From: a virus
Lineage: Duplodnaviria > Caudoviricetes
Strand: one strand, 5' to 3'
Virus record (IMG/VR): IMGVR_UViG_3300049144_000095
Location: 64,001 to 128,000 of that record
DNA: 64,000 nucleotides
The notes under the pieces are model-generated. The model saw only the letters and a list, made by a program, of their open reading frames with translations, did not search any database and was not told the DNA's origin. The translations under genes and the position numbers were made by a program. Below are positions 8,635-18,013 of the stretch, one piece after another; the first letter of the stretch is position 1; each line of letters begins with the position of its first letter.

Positions 8635-9420
8635 ATGCGCCAAGTGCAGCCCAAGGTCCGCCTGATCGGACGTCCGAGTCTCGACTACGACGAGGTTGCC
8701 GCTTACCTCAAGGAAGTCGGAGGAGAGAGTTGGCTCGAACGGCTGGACAGGGGCGAACTGGATGACGCTCAGAACCTCGGAGAATTCGCCGGACGCATCT
8801 GCTATCGCTCCTGGCGGCCGGGGCTGAACTCGAACGTAACCCGGGTGCGCACCGACCAGGATGAGTACCTGGCGAACATCCTCTCCAGTGCCCACGGCAG
8901 CGTTCTGGAGCACCTGAACTTCAACTTCATCTTCCAGGACGTAAGTCGTGTCTTGACGCACGAGCAGGTCCGGCACCGCGTCGGCACGGCCATATCGCAG
9001 GAGAGCCTGCGATTCGTCCGCCTGGACGACATCTCCTTCTGGTTCCCCGAGTGGGCGCGGGAAGACGACGAGCTGTACGAGCGGGCCCTGCGAATGCTCG
9101 GACAGATGGAGGACTTCCAGGTGTGGATGGCCGAACACTTCGGCCTCGACGACGACGGACGGACCTTCGCGTACAAGAAGCACAGGACATCCTTCATGCG
9201 CAGGTTCGCACCGGAAGGGCTGGCGACGTCCCTCGCCTGGACGGCGAACGTAAGGACATTGCGGCACGTCATCGAGTCTCGCACCGCCGAAGGGGCGGAA
9301 GAGGAGATCCGTATCGTCTTCGGCAAGGTCGGCGAGCTGATGAAGAAGGAAGCCCCCGCCCTCTTCGGTGACTACACGATCGAGGACGGGGCCTGGGTTC
9401 CCGGCTGGCGCAAGGTGTGA
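8635..9420 (+). CDS. thyX: FAD-dependent thymidylate synthase ThyX
   Basis: RHRxxxxSQESxR signature (VRHRVGTAISQESLR), EFAGRICY, HGSVLEH. Confidence 0.95.
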   Translation: MRQVQPKVRLIGRPSLDYDEVAAYLKEVGGESWLERLDRGELDDAQNLGEFAGRICYRSWRPGLNSNVTRVRTDQDEYLANILSSAHGSVLEHLNFNFIFQDVSRVLTHEQVRHRVGTAISQESLRFVRLDDISFWFPEWAREDDELYERALRMLGQMEDFQVWMAEHFGLDDDGRTFAYKKHRTSFMRRFAPEGLATSLAWTANVRTLRHVIESRTAEGAEEEIRIVFGKVGELMKKEAPALFGDYTIEDGAWVPGWRKV

Positions 9421-9424
9421 TTCG

Positions 9425-9706
9425 TCAGAAGAGCGTCACCGTGCCCGGTTCGACTTCGACCCCTTCCTCCTCGAAGACCTCCTGCACGTAGGCGGCATCG
9501 ACCGCCTGGACGTGCTGCATGGAGCCAGGGCAGAGCACGAGGGACCTTGGCTCCTGCTTGTGGTCGTGGACACTGACTATGCCGATCCCCGTGGTGGGGA
9601 TCCCTGCCACCGGCTGGTCGCACACCGGGCACCGTACGCGGGGATACTTCGCCACCACCACAGGATCGGGCCTCCTCGGCATTTCGGACAGACCAGGAAT
9701 CGCCAT
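9425..9706 (-). CDS. Zinc-ribbon hypothetical protein
   Basis: CPVC...HDH...CPGS. Confidence 0.55.
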   Translation of the reverse strand: MAIPGLSEMPRRPDPVVVAKYPRVRCPVCDQPVAGIPTTGIGIVSVHDHKQEPRSLVLCPGSMQHVQAVDAAYVQEVFEEEGVEVEPGTVTLF

Positions 9707-9770
9707 TCCGGCACTTCCCTGCCAAGAGTGTTGCAGACGGGAGAGGTTGCCCGGCGGAGCGCCGGTCCGA

Positions 9771-9983
9771 TCAGCCGGGTCCACCTCCAGGTCCCCACGG
9801 GGTGCCGCAGGAGCGGCAGTACAGATATCCGGCGTATCCGCTGATGCCGCCCTCGCGGTTCAGGCACACGGCGGCACATTTTCCCCTCAGCTCGAACCAA
9901 GCCTCCCCGCATCGACAGGTTGCCCCGTCGTACCCCTCGGGACCGTGCGGGCGCCGGTGGTCGTCCAGATTGATCACTGTCAT
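9771..9983 (-). CDS. Small Cys-rich protein
   Basis: CRCG...CRSCG. Confidence 0.6.
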   Translation of the reverse strand: MTVINLDDHRRPHGPEGYDGATCRCGEAWFELRGKCAAVCLNREGGISGYAGYLYCRSCGTPWGPGGGPG

Positions 9984-10098
9984 GACTCAAGCGTCAGATA
10001 CGGTCCGTCGCCCCTCCAAGGGGAAACGGTGAAAAATCTCGACGCTAGGCGCATCCGGCTGACGGGAACGACCGGAAGGTGATGCGTCCGAGGAGGCG

Positions 10099-10269
10099 TC
10101 AGGGTCGGCCCTTCACGCAGTGCGAATCACCCCAGAGCGTGGGGCCGTTGCGATGCAAGGTGTCCTCTCCGTGCTTCCTGAGTTCGCAGATGACCGGCGG
10201 TCCGGGGAGATCGAGTCGTGCCAGGCAGTCCCGGTCCACATCGCGGAGATAGGAAGATCGTTCTGGCAT
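10099..10269 (-). CDS. Small hypothetical protein
   Basis: MPERSSY...CELRKHGEDTLH; start re-called. Confidence 0.4.
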   Translation of the reverse strand: MPERSSYLRDVDRDCLARLDLPGPPVICELRKHGEDTLHRNGPTLWGDSHCVKGRP

Positions 10270-10303
10270 GTCTCGATCATACGTATGTGGCAGCCTTGTC
10301 CGC

Positions 10304-10498
10304 ATGGCTCGCATGCTGGGAACTTTCGAACGCTCATGGTGCCCGAAGTGCAAAGGGCCAGCGGGGCCGGACTGCCCGGACGTGTCCATGCGGAAGAGGT
10401 CACGCAAGGCCCAGGAGAGGCGTGAGTGGTGCGCCGAGGCTCGTACGTACCTCCAGCGTTCACAGGCCGCCAATGACGTGGAGGCGTCCGCCTCGTAG
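10304..10498 (+). CDS. Small hypothetical protein
   Basis: MARMLG...WCPKCKGP...RKAQERREW. Confidence 0.45.
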   Translation: MARMLGTFERSWCPKCKGPAGPDCPDVSMRKRSRKAQERREWCAEARTYLQRSQAANDVEASAS

Positions 10499-10623
10499 GC
10501 GTTGAAACCGGTACACCCGGCATCCCCCTCCGGTCCATCCAGCCGTTCCCGCACCAGTGTGCAATATGAGCAACATGATGACTGGGTAGGGTTCTTCACG
10601 TTCGGGCAGCCACACCCTATGAT

Positions 10624-10635
10624 CGGCCTAGGCCG
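10624..10635. promoter_or_regulatory. Palindromic operator-like site
   Basis: CGGCCTAGGCCG; minus-strand TAGGGT at 10614-10619. Confidence 0.65.
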
Positions 10636-10644
10636 CCCGTGGAG

Positions 10645-11034
10645 CTACATCGCCCCCCGGGTTCTGAGTTCGTCCAGCATGAGGTTGATCTCCGCATGCA
10701 GGGCGGCCTCGGAGAATCTGTCGCCGCCGGGAATCGCATAGTTCCGGAGGGTCTGTACCGCTTCGGTCAGCATCTCCTTCAACGTGTCGGTGGGCAAGCC
10801 GTGAACGGCCTGGTCGAAGTCGTCGTCGGCCCCCCCGGTGAGCGTGTTGAAGATGTCAAACGTAGGTTCGGTTTTGTAGGCGCACGACGGAATGGATTCA
10901 GCAGCCAATGGGATGGGCTCCAATCGCAGCGGGGCGCCTGTCTGGGGCTCCCCTACATCGAACACTAGTTCGACGAATGAGGGAACCCGGTTTCCTGGAC
11001 CGCGCCTGGATGACACGTCGAGACAGGTGTGCAC
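10645..11034 (-). CDS. Hypothetical protein
   Basis: Helical acidic C-terminal half; start uncertain. Confidence 0.45.
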   Translation of the reverse strand: MHTCLDVSSRRGPGNRVPSFVELVFDVGEPQTGAPLRLEPIPLAAESIPSCAYKTEPTFDIFNTLTGGADDDFDQAVHGLPTDTLKEMLTEAVQTLRNYAIPGGDRFSEAALHAEINLMLDELRTRGAM

Positions 11035-11194
11035 ACAGTTACGTTTGTGTCACCCTGCGATCATCTTCCAACCGGACTTGCGTGTCAACTAAAGTGTCCA
11101 GCCGGGAGGATGGGTCTGCGGCCCCCCTGGGGCAAGGGCACGAAGAGCGCCGTCTGCCCGCGCCACCGATGCCCCTCAGGAGAGCCGAGATCGG

Positions 11195-11695
11195 ATGCTG
11201 ACACTCGCAGCCAAGCTGAAGCATCTGGTCCGGCGCCTGTCCCCCGACCAGCCGTTCTCTGAGCGCCATCTGTCTGCGGCCGTCAGGGAGCTGCCTGGGC
11301 ACACGCGTGGAGGGTCCCGTACGGCCATCAACAAGCTGCTCCGGGGCATTGACGACAATCCCACGGTCGTGACCCTCATGGCGCTTGCTCAAGTCCTCGG
11401 GGCCCCAGCGCCCTTCCTCCTCCCTGGCTGGGACGACCTCACGGCTCTTTCGGTTCTCCAGAGGCGGCCCCAGGCGGTCGAGATCCTGCGACACCTGGAC
11501 GGGGTCCCCGAGGCAGACCTCCGCGATCTACTCGAAGACATAAAAAAGCGACGAATGGAACTCGGGTTGCCGCAGACCGTGGACCCGGTCCACATTGATC
11601 CGCACGATCAGAACGAGACCGACCCGCACGACCCCAGAAGGCGCAGCCCCAAGGACTCCGCCAGGTATGCGGCAGACTCCCTGGAAGGGACCTGA
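11195..11695 (+). CDS. XRE / EspR-like HTH regulator
   Basis: LAAKLKHL...SRTAINKLLRG...NPTVVTLMALAQVLG plus EspR-like C-terminal helices. Confidence 0.75.
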   Translation: MLTLAAKLKHLVRRLSPDQPFSERHLSAAVRELPGHTRGGSRTAINKLLRGIDDNPTVVTLMALAQVLGAPAPFLLPGWDDLTALSVLQRRPQAVEILRHLDGVPEADLRDLLEDIKKRRMELGLPQTVDPVHIDPHDQNETDPHDPRRRSPKDSARYAADSLEGT

Positions 11696-11698
11696 GAA

Positions 11699-12469
11699 TT
11701 GAGCAGCACGGCCACACCGCTCGACGGCGTCATATTCGGAACCTGCACCGGACTTGGGGTTGTCGTCACAGCCCTCTGCGCCTACCGGGCCAGGATGAAG
11801 CCGACTGTCGCCACGCGGTGCATCACCCTCGCCTTCGGTATTTGTACCGTAGGAGTCTTCTTTGCCGTTCCCGCCGTGGCCAGCAGGACCGAGGAGATCA
11901 CGGGGATCGATAACCTGCCGAAGCTCATCGCCCACACCTGTGCAATCCTCTGGTGCGTCAGTCTTCAGCTAGCGATGGTCGATATCGCGTACGCACCGAC
12001 GTACCTCCGTGTCGCAGTCATGCGCAGGAGTTTCGTAGCGGTTGCCGTCCTGGCCGCCATGATTCCCATATGGCTCAGCACCAACCAGTCCGGACTGGAC
12101 TTCACGACGGCTCACGCCAAGAATCCCGCCGTCAGGGTCTACCTGATTCTGTACCTGCTCTACACATTCTTCACGTGCACGGAGCTGGCCTTCATGTGCG
12201 CCAAGAGTGCCACCTACAACTGGCCCGGCCGCCCGTGGAGCAGTTTCGGGTACGGTGCCTCCGCCGTCGCCGCAGTATTCGGGCTCGCCTACTCCGTCTC
12301 CCGGGGCGGCTACCTGGTCGCCTACACGGCAGGGCATCCCTGGTCTTTGGAGCTGGAGGAGAAGATGTCCCCACTGCTCGCCGGAGTTGCCATCCTCTTC
12401 CTCTTCGTCGGCCTCACGCTCCCCCTCGTCGGAACTCTCCTCAAGGGGCGGAAAATGAGCACAAGCTGA
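11699..12469 (+). CDS. Multi-pass membrane protein resembling the N-terminal part of MAB_1171c-family proteins
   Basis: About 7 hydrophobic segments, GIDNLPKLIAH and DFTTAHA motifs; no C-terminal soluble domain. Confidence 0.6.
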   Translation: MSSTATPLDGVIFGTCTGLGVVVTALCAYRARMKPTVATRCITLAFGICTVGVFFAVPAVASRTEEITGIDNLPKLIAHTCAILWCVSLQLAMVDIAYAPTYLRVAVMRRSFVAVAVLAAMIPIWLSTNQSGLDFTTAHAKNPAVRVYLILYLLYTFFTCTELAFMCAKSATYNWPGRPWSSFGYGASAVAAVFGLAYSVSRGGYLVAYTAGHPWSLELEEKMSPLLAGVAILFLFVGLTLPLVGTLLKGRKMSTS

Positions 12470-12534
12470 CCCCTGAACAATCCGGAGAACCCCTCGTATG
12501 ATCGGTAGCCGAACTCGTCAGTGAACGAAAGAGG

Positions 12535-12801
12535 TTGCCGGTCATGGAGGAACCCAAAGACGCCAGCGCCGGGCAGACCCAGACTGTGCCCGACTTCCGC
12601 AGAGAGCTGACCTCGCTGCTGAACCGGCACTCCCGGGAAGCCGGTTCCGACACTCCGGACTTCATCCTCGCCGGTTATCTGCTCGGATGCCTGGAGAACT
12701 TCGACCGCTGCGTAGCCGCGCGCGAGCGGTGGTACGACATCAAGAAAAGCCCGGCAGAGTTGTATGCCGCAGGCATGCCGGAAAGGGTACGCAAGTCGTG
12801 A
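12535..12801 (+). CDS. Conserved phage-type hypothetical protein
   Basis: LTSLLNRHSREAGSDTPDFILAGYL. Confidence 0.7.
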   Translation: MPVMEEPKDASAGQTQTVPDFRRELTSLLNRHSREAGSDTPDFILAGYLLGCLENFDRCVAARERWYDIKKSPAELYAAGMPERVRKS

Positions 12802-13115
12802 CCCGCCGGATCAGCGCAGCCTACGCAGGTGTCACCGCCCTGCTCTTCCTGGGTGTCGCCGCATGCCAGTCCGGAGCAAGCGGCCAGTCCGAGAAGCCGT
12901 CCAGCTCCTCCATTGCCACCGCTCACGCCGACCTCGACTCTGCCGCACGGCGCTGGTCCCGCCTTGACCGGTCCACTCAGGATCTCGTGTGCCTTCAGGC
13001 TCTGGAGCGCGGCGGCCCCGACTACCAAGGCATGCTGCGTGAGCTGACCACGGCTGACATCTCCCAGCCGGAAGCTGCCGCCATGCTTCCGTACGCCGCC
13101 AACGAGTGCCACTGA
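12798..13115 (+). CDS. Putative lipoprotein
   Basis: GTGA overlap start; hydrophobic leader ending VAAC lipobox. Confidence 0.6.
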   Translation: MTRRISAAYAGVTALLFLGVAACQSGASGQSEKPSSSSIATAHADLDSAARRWSRLDRSTQDLVCLQALERGGPDYQGMLRELTTADISQPEAAAMLPYAANECH

Positions 13116-13125
13116 CCGAACGCGC

Positions 13126-13299
13126 ATGAGCCGCATCCACGTCTCACCGATCGGTGATCTGATCGAGCACGACCTGGAGTCCGAGGACTGCGTCTGCGGG
13201 CCCCTGGTACGGCCTGAGAAGCGCGAGGACGGATCGGTTGGATGGGTGGTGCTCCATCACTCCCTGGACGGTCGAGAGCGCCACGAGGACGCTGAATGA
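13126..13299 (+). CDS. Small conserved phage-type protein (57 aa, below ORF track cutoff)
   Basis: MSRIHVSPIGDLIEHD...DCVCGP...HHSLDGRE. Confidence 0.6.
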   Translation: MSRIHVSPIGDLIEHDLESEDCVCGPLVRPEKREDGSVGWVVLHHSLDGRERHEDAE

Positions 13300-13408
13300 G
13301 GGTCGCTGAGAACTGGGTGTGCCCGTCATGTCTGCGGATCCGGACTCCGTGGCACTGGCTGCTGCGCAGGCTCGGCCACTGCTTCGACTGGTACGGGTAA
13401 GGAGAAAG

Positions 13409-13441
13409 CCCCGGCATCGGCTGGACAGCTCGATACCGGGG
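13409..13441. terminator. Hairpin between convergent genes
   Basis: CCCCGGCATCG / CGATACCGGGG. Confidence 0.5.
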
Positions 13442-13529
13442 TTCCGTCTATACCGGGTTCCCGTTCCCCCGTTGGCGGCGTCAGGCTTCGCAGACCCACG
13501 AAGTCGCCGGTATACGGCACTTCTTCGCC

Positions 13530-13958
13530 TCAGGCGTCTCTCTCTCTTTCCTCGCCCTTCGAGTCAAAAGAGAGCAGGTCGCCCAGGCTCTCCGCTGCCC
13601 GCCTCTCGGCGGCTTCCTGTCGCATGCGACGCTCCCGGGCTCCCCGCAGGGCAGCCTGGCGCGCGTGCCCGCGCAGGCGGAGGTGGTCCCTGGAGTACTC
13701 CCCGCCATGGACGCCCGGCGGCAGCTCGGGCTGGTGGATGTTCGCGAAGTCCGCCGACAGGGCGGTCTCCACCTTCCAGGTGACGCCCTTGAGGTCGTCG
13801 GCGGTGGGTTCCCCGTCGGCGAAGCCTGGAGCCACCGTGGCCCAGTACTCGGCCAGAGCGAGGGCGTACGTCCGGTGATCCGGCTTGTCGTCGGCTGCGG
13901 CCAGGATGTCGACGATCCACTCGGCTCGCTGCTTGTCGCTGTACCGGTAGGCCGTCAT
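13530..13958 (-). CDS. Hypothetical protein
   Basis: MTAYRYSDKQ; overlap-coupled. Confidence 0.6.
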   Translation of the reverse strand: MTAYRYSDKQRAEWIVDILAAADDKPDHRTYALALAEYWATVAPGFADGEPTADDLKGVTWKVETALSADFANIHQPELPPGVHGGEYSRDHLRLRGHARQAALRGARERRMRQEAAERRAAESLGDLLSFDSKGEERERDA

Positions 13959-14224
13959 TCTCGCCCTTCCCCGGAGGCCTTCACGCGGAAGGAGCGGCGA
14001 CGCACTCCGGTAACCCATCCTTCACTGCCGAACTTCTTGGGCACTCCGGCCAGGTGTACCAGGTACGCCACCCCGTCGGGGTAGTTCACCTCAGGGTCCG
14101 GTGTGCCCGGGTGCGGCTCCTGATGGTCGACGATCTCGTAGTCCTGGTTCCTGTACTCGATGATCGTGCCCGGGGAGACCGGCGGATCGCCCGGCTTGTA
14201 GTCGGTCTTGTCTTCGTTGCTCAT
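13955..14224 (-). CDS. Hypothetical protein
   Basis: CCGGAAAGGAG SD. Confidence 0.65.
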   Translation of the reverse strand: MSNEDKTDYKPGDPPVSPGTIIEYRNQDYEIVDHQEPHPGTPDPEVNYPDGVAYLVHLAGVPKKFGSEGWVTGVRRRSFRVKASGEGRE

Positions 14225-14505
14225 GACCGCCTCTCCTTTCCGGAGGGTTCAACCCTCAGATCTTTCAGTCCGTACTCGCGCATGATCTCGGACCCGGCCT
14301 CGATGAGGGCTGCTGCCATCTCCTCGCTCATGGCGTCGAGCAACTTGCCGTGCCGGGGGTCGTCCGGATCGTGACCCTGCTCCACAAGGAGATCAGCGGC
14401 CAAATCGCGGATGCCGTCCACGGGCGAGAAGTAGTGTCGCTTGAGGTGTTCGTACCTCTCACGCGAAACGATGATGATCGACGGATCCAGATGTCCGCAC
14501 CTCAT
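14221..14505 (-). CDS. Hypothetical protein
   Basis: Overlap-coupled ORF. Confidence 0.55.
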   Translation of the reverse strand: MRCGHLDPSIIIVSRERYEHLKRHYFSPVDGIRDLAADLLVEQGHDPDDPRHGKLLDAMSEEMAAALIEAGSEIMREYGLKDLRVEPSGKERRS

Positions 14506-14536
14506 GACTTACTCACCCTCCCCTTTCGATCACCTT

Positions 14537-15007
14537 TTACTCGTCGGCCACGAGCTTCTTCATGGCCGACTCCAGCTCGTTGCGCCGCTCCTTGGAGGTC
14601 AAGCCCTGATCTCGGGCGGTCCAGGCCAGGGCGAAGCGGCCTACCGGCCGCCAGTCGCCGTTCACCTTCATCGCCTTGACCCACTTCTGGGAGACGGCGG
14701 GCGTTCCGAACTCGTAGACAGACACCATGTCCGTGGTGATGAGCTGTTTGCAGCCGTCGCTCTCAGCCTTGCTGGCGCAGGCGCCCGTGTTGTCGGACGG
14801 GTTGCCGAGGTCGGACACGCCGATTGCGTCGGCCAGCTTGCCCGCCGCTTGCTTGGCGGTGAGCCCACCGGGCTTGTTGTCGGGGGTGGCCGTTACCCTG
14901 CTCGTCGTCTCCTTCGGCTTGCTGTCGTTGTCGGCGCCGGAAGAGCAGGCGGAGAGCGAGAGGGTGGCGGTGATGACGACCGCGACAGCGGTGGTGCGAG
15001 TATTCAA
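14537..15007 (-). CDS. Putative lipoprotein
   Basis: TTG start, LSAC lipobox, Pro/Thr linker. Confidence 0.7.
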   Translation of the reverse strand: MNTRTTAVAVVITATLSLSACSSGADNDSKPKETTSRVTATPDNKPGGLTAKQAAGKLADAIGVSDLGNPSDNTGACASKAESDGCKQLITTDMVSVYEFGTPAVSQKWVKAMKVNGDWRPVGRFALAWTARDQGLTSKERRNELESAMKKLVADE

Positions 15008-15070
15008 GATTTCCTCGTTGGTAGTGCGATCAAGTCGGACGGCATTTCTAGCATTCAGCAGGGGTGGTGG

Positions 15071-15730
15071 TCACAGCACCTCGATGTTGGAGGTGTCGGG
15101 CTGGTGAGGGTCGACCACGAGCTGCCAGCCCGGGGTCTCCTTACCCATGTAGTGCCTCTCGTGGCCGTCCCGGACGCCTCGGGCGAGCAGCCTGCGTTCG
15201 ACCTCCTTGACGGAGCCCCGGCTCTTGCGCCCGCTCCCCTCGGACACCCAGCCGTTGCGCACCTCGTAGACGTCCCACCGCAGATCGCGTGTCGACTGAG
15301 ATCGCAGGTTCCAGACCTCTACGACTCCGGGCCCGAACTCGGCGCGCAGCGCCTTCTTCAGGCGCTCTTCCGCCTCTGCGGGATCGATGCCGGTGAAGAA
15401 CAGGGAGCTGGAGATACGAGAGCCGCTGGAGCGGATGACCGGCATCTCCTCACCGAGCGGGTCTTCTTCGTAGACCTCGGTGACCTTGACGTGAAACTCT
15501 CCGCCGAAGACGGACCGGACCTTGACCTGCGGGTCCTTCTCGCGGTGCAGGTGATCCCCGTCGCCCATTGCGCGATACGCAGGGATGAGCAGTTGCGACC
15601 TGAAGTCGAAATCCTGCACGTAGACCAGATCGGTCGGTCCGAGGTTGCGAACCTCGTCCGGCTCCATGAGGCGCATCTTGATCAGCGTCTTGCCGACCTC
15701 GGTGCGCGTGTTCTCTCCGCCGAAGATCAT
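15071..15730 (-). CDS. Hypothetical protein
   Basis: AGGAGG SD; GC3-rich. Confidence 0.7.
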   Translation of the reverse strand: MIFGGENTRTEVGKTLIKMRLMEPDEVRNLGPTDLVYVQDFDFRSQLLIPAYRAMGDGDHLHREKDPQVKVRSVFGGEFHVKVTEVYEEDPLGEEMPVIRSSGSRISSSLFFTGIDPAEAEERLKKALRAEFGPGVVEVWNLRSQSTRDLRWDVYEVRNGWVSEGSGRKSRGSVKEVERRLLARGVRDGHERHYMGKETPGWQLVVDPHQPDTSNIEVL

Positions 15731-15746
15731 GGTTCCTCCTATGTCG

Positions 15747-15799
15747 GACCGGGGGCTTCCCGAGCCGTTGTCGTAGTTGCGACCGGGGGCTTCCCGAGC
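15747..15799. repeat. 19-bp perfect direct repeat
   Basis: GACCGGGGGCTTCCCGAGC at 15747 and 15781. Confidence 0.85.
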
Positions 15800-15817
15800 G
15801 CTGATTCAACCCTAGCA

Positions 15818-15829
15818 TGGCCTAGGTCA
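15818..15829. promoter_or_regulatory. Palindromic operator-like site
   Basis: TGGCCTAGGTCA; minus-strand TAGGGT at 15809-15814. Confidence 0.7.
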
Positions 15830-15980
15830 CCCATAAAGGCGCGACGGTGAAAGGGCAGGGCGAGTTGCCGACAGCGGGCGGCCCGGCCAGCGGCCCTCCC
15901 TTCGGCGCGTACTGGAGCTACGGCGCAGAAAGTTGGCGCGCGGACCGGGCCGACGGCGCGAGTCGTCAGTCACCCTCGGG

Positions 15981-16136
15981 CTACTCGTCCTTCAGGTAAC
16001 CGTGAATCTTCTTCTCCAGCTCGGACCAGTCGGGATCAGCGGGCACGATGCCGGAGTTGACCTCGTCGCTCTCGGCGAGGAAGTCGAGCATCTTCTGGTG
16101 TGGACTGTCGACGCGGGGTTGTGGCCCGTCCGACAT
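15981..16136 (-). CDS. Small acidic protein
   Basis: MSDGPQPRV; GAGGAAG SD directly after 606-aa gene. Confidence 0.55.
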   Translation of the reverse strand: MSDGPQPRVDSPHQKMLDFLAESDEVNSGIVPADPDWSELEKKIHGYLKDE

Positions 16137-16143
16137 GGCTTCC

Positions 16144-17964
16144 TCAGTTCGTCTGGTAGTTCGGCAGATGGGGGCCGAGGTGGCCGATGTAGATCTTGCC
16201 GGTCTCGCCGCTGGTGTCGTCGTGAAGATGCATGCGCGGCGCCGGGGGCTTGCCCGAGCCGATCCGGATGTGGGCCTCCATGACGATCCGGCCCGACGGG
16301 TCGACCTCCCGAGGGACCGGCAGCGTGCGCGCGGCAACGAAGCGGGAGTTCATCATCACGCCCTTCGAGTCGACCTTGGAATACCGCGTGGAGGGGATGA
16401 CGCACTCCGCCCTCGGGTCGGACAGGTATGCGTGGAAGTGGGGCACCTCCTCAACGCCGCGCTCTTTCTTCATCCGTGCGTACTCCTCCAGCGCCTGCAA
16501 GGCCTCCCAGGACCGCTGAATCCAGCGCCGCTCACTTGTGTGCCCACGCAGTTTGTCGACCTCGCCGTGGACCGGTCCGAGTACGACATACTCCAGTGAA
16601 GTAGCGCGAGCGAAGAACTCGTCCCACGTCTCCGGTGCGCTTTCCTGAACGGTATCGTGGGTCAGCTCGAAGGTGCTATTGAGACGGGCCAGCTCGCGAC
16701 GCAAGGAAGACACCTCCTGCCTCAAGGTCCGCACGTCATGCTGCTGGGCATCGAGCAGTTCTTCGGCCAGCTCTACTTCTTCTTCGGCTGCTTCCCGGGC
16801 GGCCATTTCACGCCCCAGGTCGCTGTCCCGAATCATGCAGAGGGCGCGATCCAGCTCCCTGCGCAACTTCCTTTCAGACTCCCGGGCCTCTTCTTCTCGC
16901 CTCTTCGACTCGCGCATCTCGGCGAGAAGGTTCTCTCCGGATGCCTTGAACTTCTCGATGAAATCCTTGCTTTCCTTCAAGGCTGAAAGAAGCTTCTCGT
17001 TCTCCTTCTCCAGCTCTTCGAGCCTGTCTGCCGCAGAGTCCATCAACTTCACCCTGTCGGTGTCGGTCATCAGGTTCCAGTCGGCTTCCAGCTCCTGGAT
17101 CGCCTCCGGGTCGGCAACCAAAACTCCGCTGGTCAACAACCTGCTCAGCGCACTAGAGAGAGGGCCGATGTCGCCCAGCTTCATGAAGGAGGGGTTCATG
17201 GGGAACGACAAGTCGGACCGTCGGAGACCCTTTCGACGCTCCGGGGAAAGGACGATAGCTGCCCCACCCGAGGGAAGCTCCGTCCCGTACTTGACCAGAG
17301 TGCGGTTCAGATCTTTCCGCATCGATTCCCCCATGATGCGGACGTCGATGACGCGTCCATACAGGCTGGGGGGCAGTCGGGATATGAGGGGCGTCGGATG
17401 ATTCAAGCCCTCGCTGCCGAGGATTCTGTCCAGATCCATGTCGTCATGCGTAACGACGATGGCGGCGAACTTGAGGTTGGTCATCGAAGACAGCAGGCCA
17501 GCAAACTGTGCGCCCATTCTTGGGTGCAGAAGGTTGTACCCGACGTACTCCAGGCTTGCGTAGCGTGGATTCGACTTGCGATCCAGGAAGACAGACAATG
17601 GGGACGGCCATGCCGGATTCCACGGACGATCCGCCTTGGCGTACGCGTGAAAGAATCCGGACCTCGGATTATCGGCCGGGTCGTACTCGTGCGGCTCGAT
17701 GGCTGGCTGCTGTCGCTGGCTGGTCGCCCCCGGCTTGACATCATGCACGTTCAGACGGCCACGGACCTGCGCACCGTCCGGGGTGACCCATACGGCATCG
17801 TAGGACCACCAGCCTCCCGACACCTTCGTGTCGAGATGCGGCTCGTGCAGGATGACGTGTTTGTTGGCGGCCACCCGCTTTGCCACTTGCTCCACACTGG
17901 GCAGCACGTCCATGTTGCCCGTGGTATGCCAACCGGTCTCGTACGATGGATCTTTCTTCGGCAT
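16144..17964 (-). CDS. Coiled-coil protein with RelE/ParE-like C-terminal domain
   Basis: Central heptad-rich coiled coil; C-terminus MEAHIRIGSGKPPAPRMHLHDD...KIYIGHLGPHL. Confidence 0.6.
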   Translation of the reverse strand: MPKKDPSYETGWHTTGNMDVLPSVEQVAKRVAANKHVILHEPHLDTKVSGGWWSYDAVWVTPDGAQVRGRLNVHDVKPGATSQRQQPAIEPHEYDPADNPRSGFFHAYAKADRPWNPAWPSPLSVFLDRKSNPRYASLEYVGYNLLHPRMGAQFAGLLSSMTNLKFAAIVVTHDDMDLDRILGSEGLNHPTPLISRLPPSLYGRVIDVRIMGESMRKDLNRTLVKYGTELPSGGAAIVLSPERRKGLRRSDLSFPMNPSFMKLGDIGPLSSALSRLLTSGVLVADPEAIQELEADWNLMTDTDRVKLMDSAADRLEELEKENEKLLSALKESKDFIEKFKASGENLLAEMRESKRREEEARESERKLRRELDRALCMIRDSDLGREMAAREAAEEEVELAEELLDAQQHDVRTLRQEVSSLRRELARLNSTFELTHDTVQESAPETWDEFFARATSLEYVVLGPVHGEVDKLRGHTSERRWIQRSWEALQALEEYARMKKERGVEEVPHFHAYLSDPRAECVIPSTRYSKVDSKGVMMNSRFVAARTLPVPREVDPSGRIVMEAHIRIGSGKPPAPRMHLHDDTSGETGKIYIGHLGPHLPNYQTN

Positions 17965-18013
17965 GTCCTGAATCTTTCCTTTCGCTCAAGTACATCTTGC
18001 ACCCTGCCACTGA

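Noticed and set aside
13380-13445. Possible tRNA (TTCGA-like text)
   Set aside because: Forms only a simple hairpin; no cloverleaf or CCA; no tRNA found anywhere by eye
14441-15850. 469-aa + strand ORF
   Set aside because: Antisense shadow of real minus-strand genes; typical high-GC artefact
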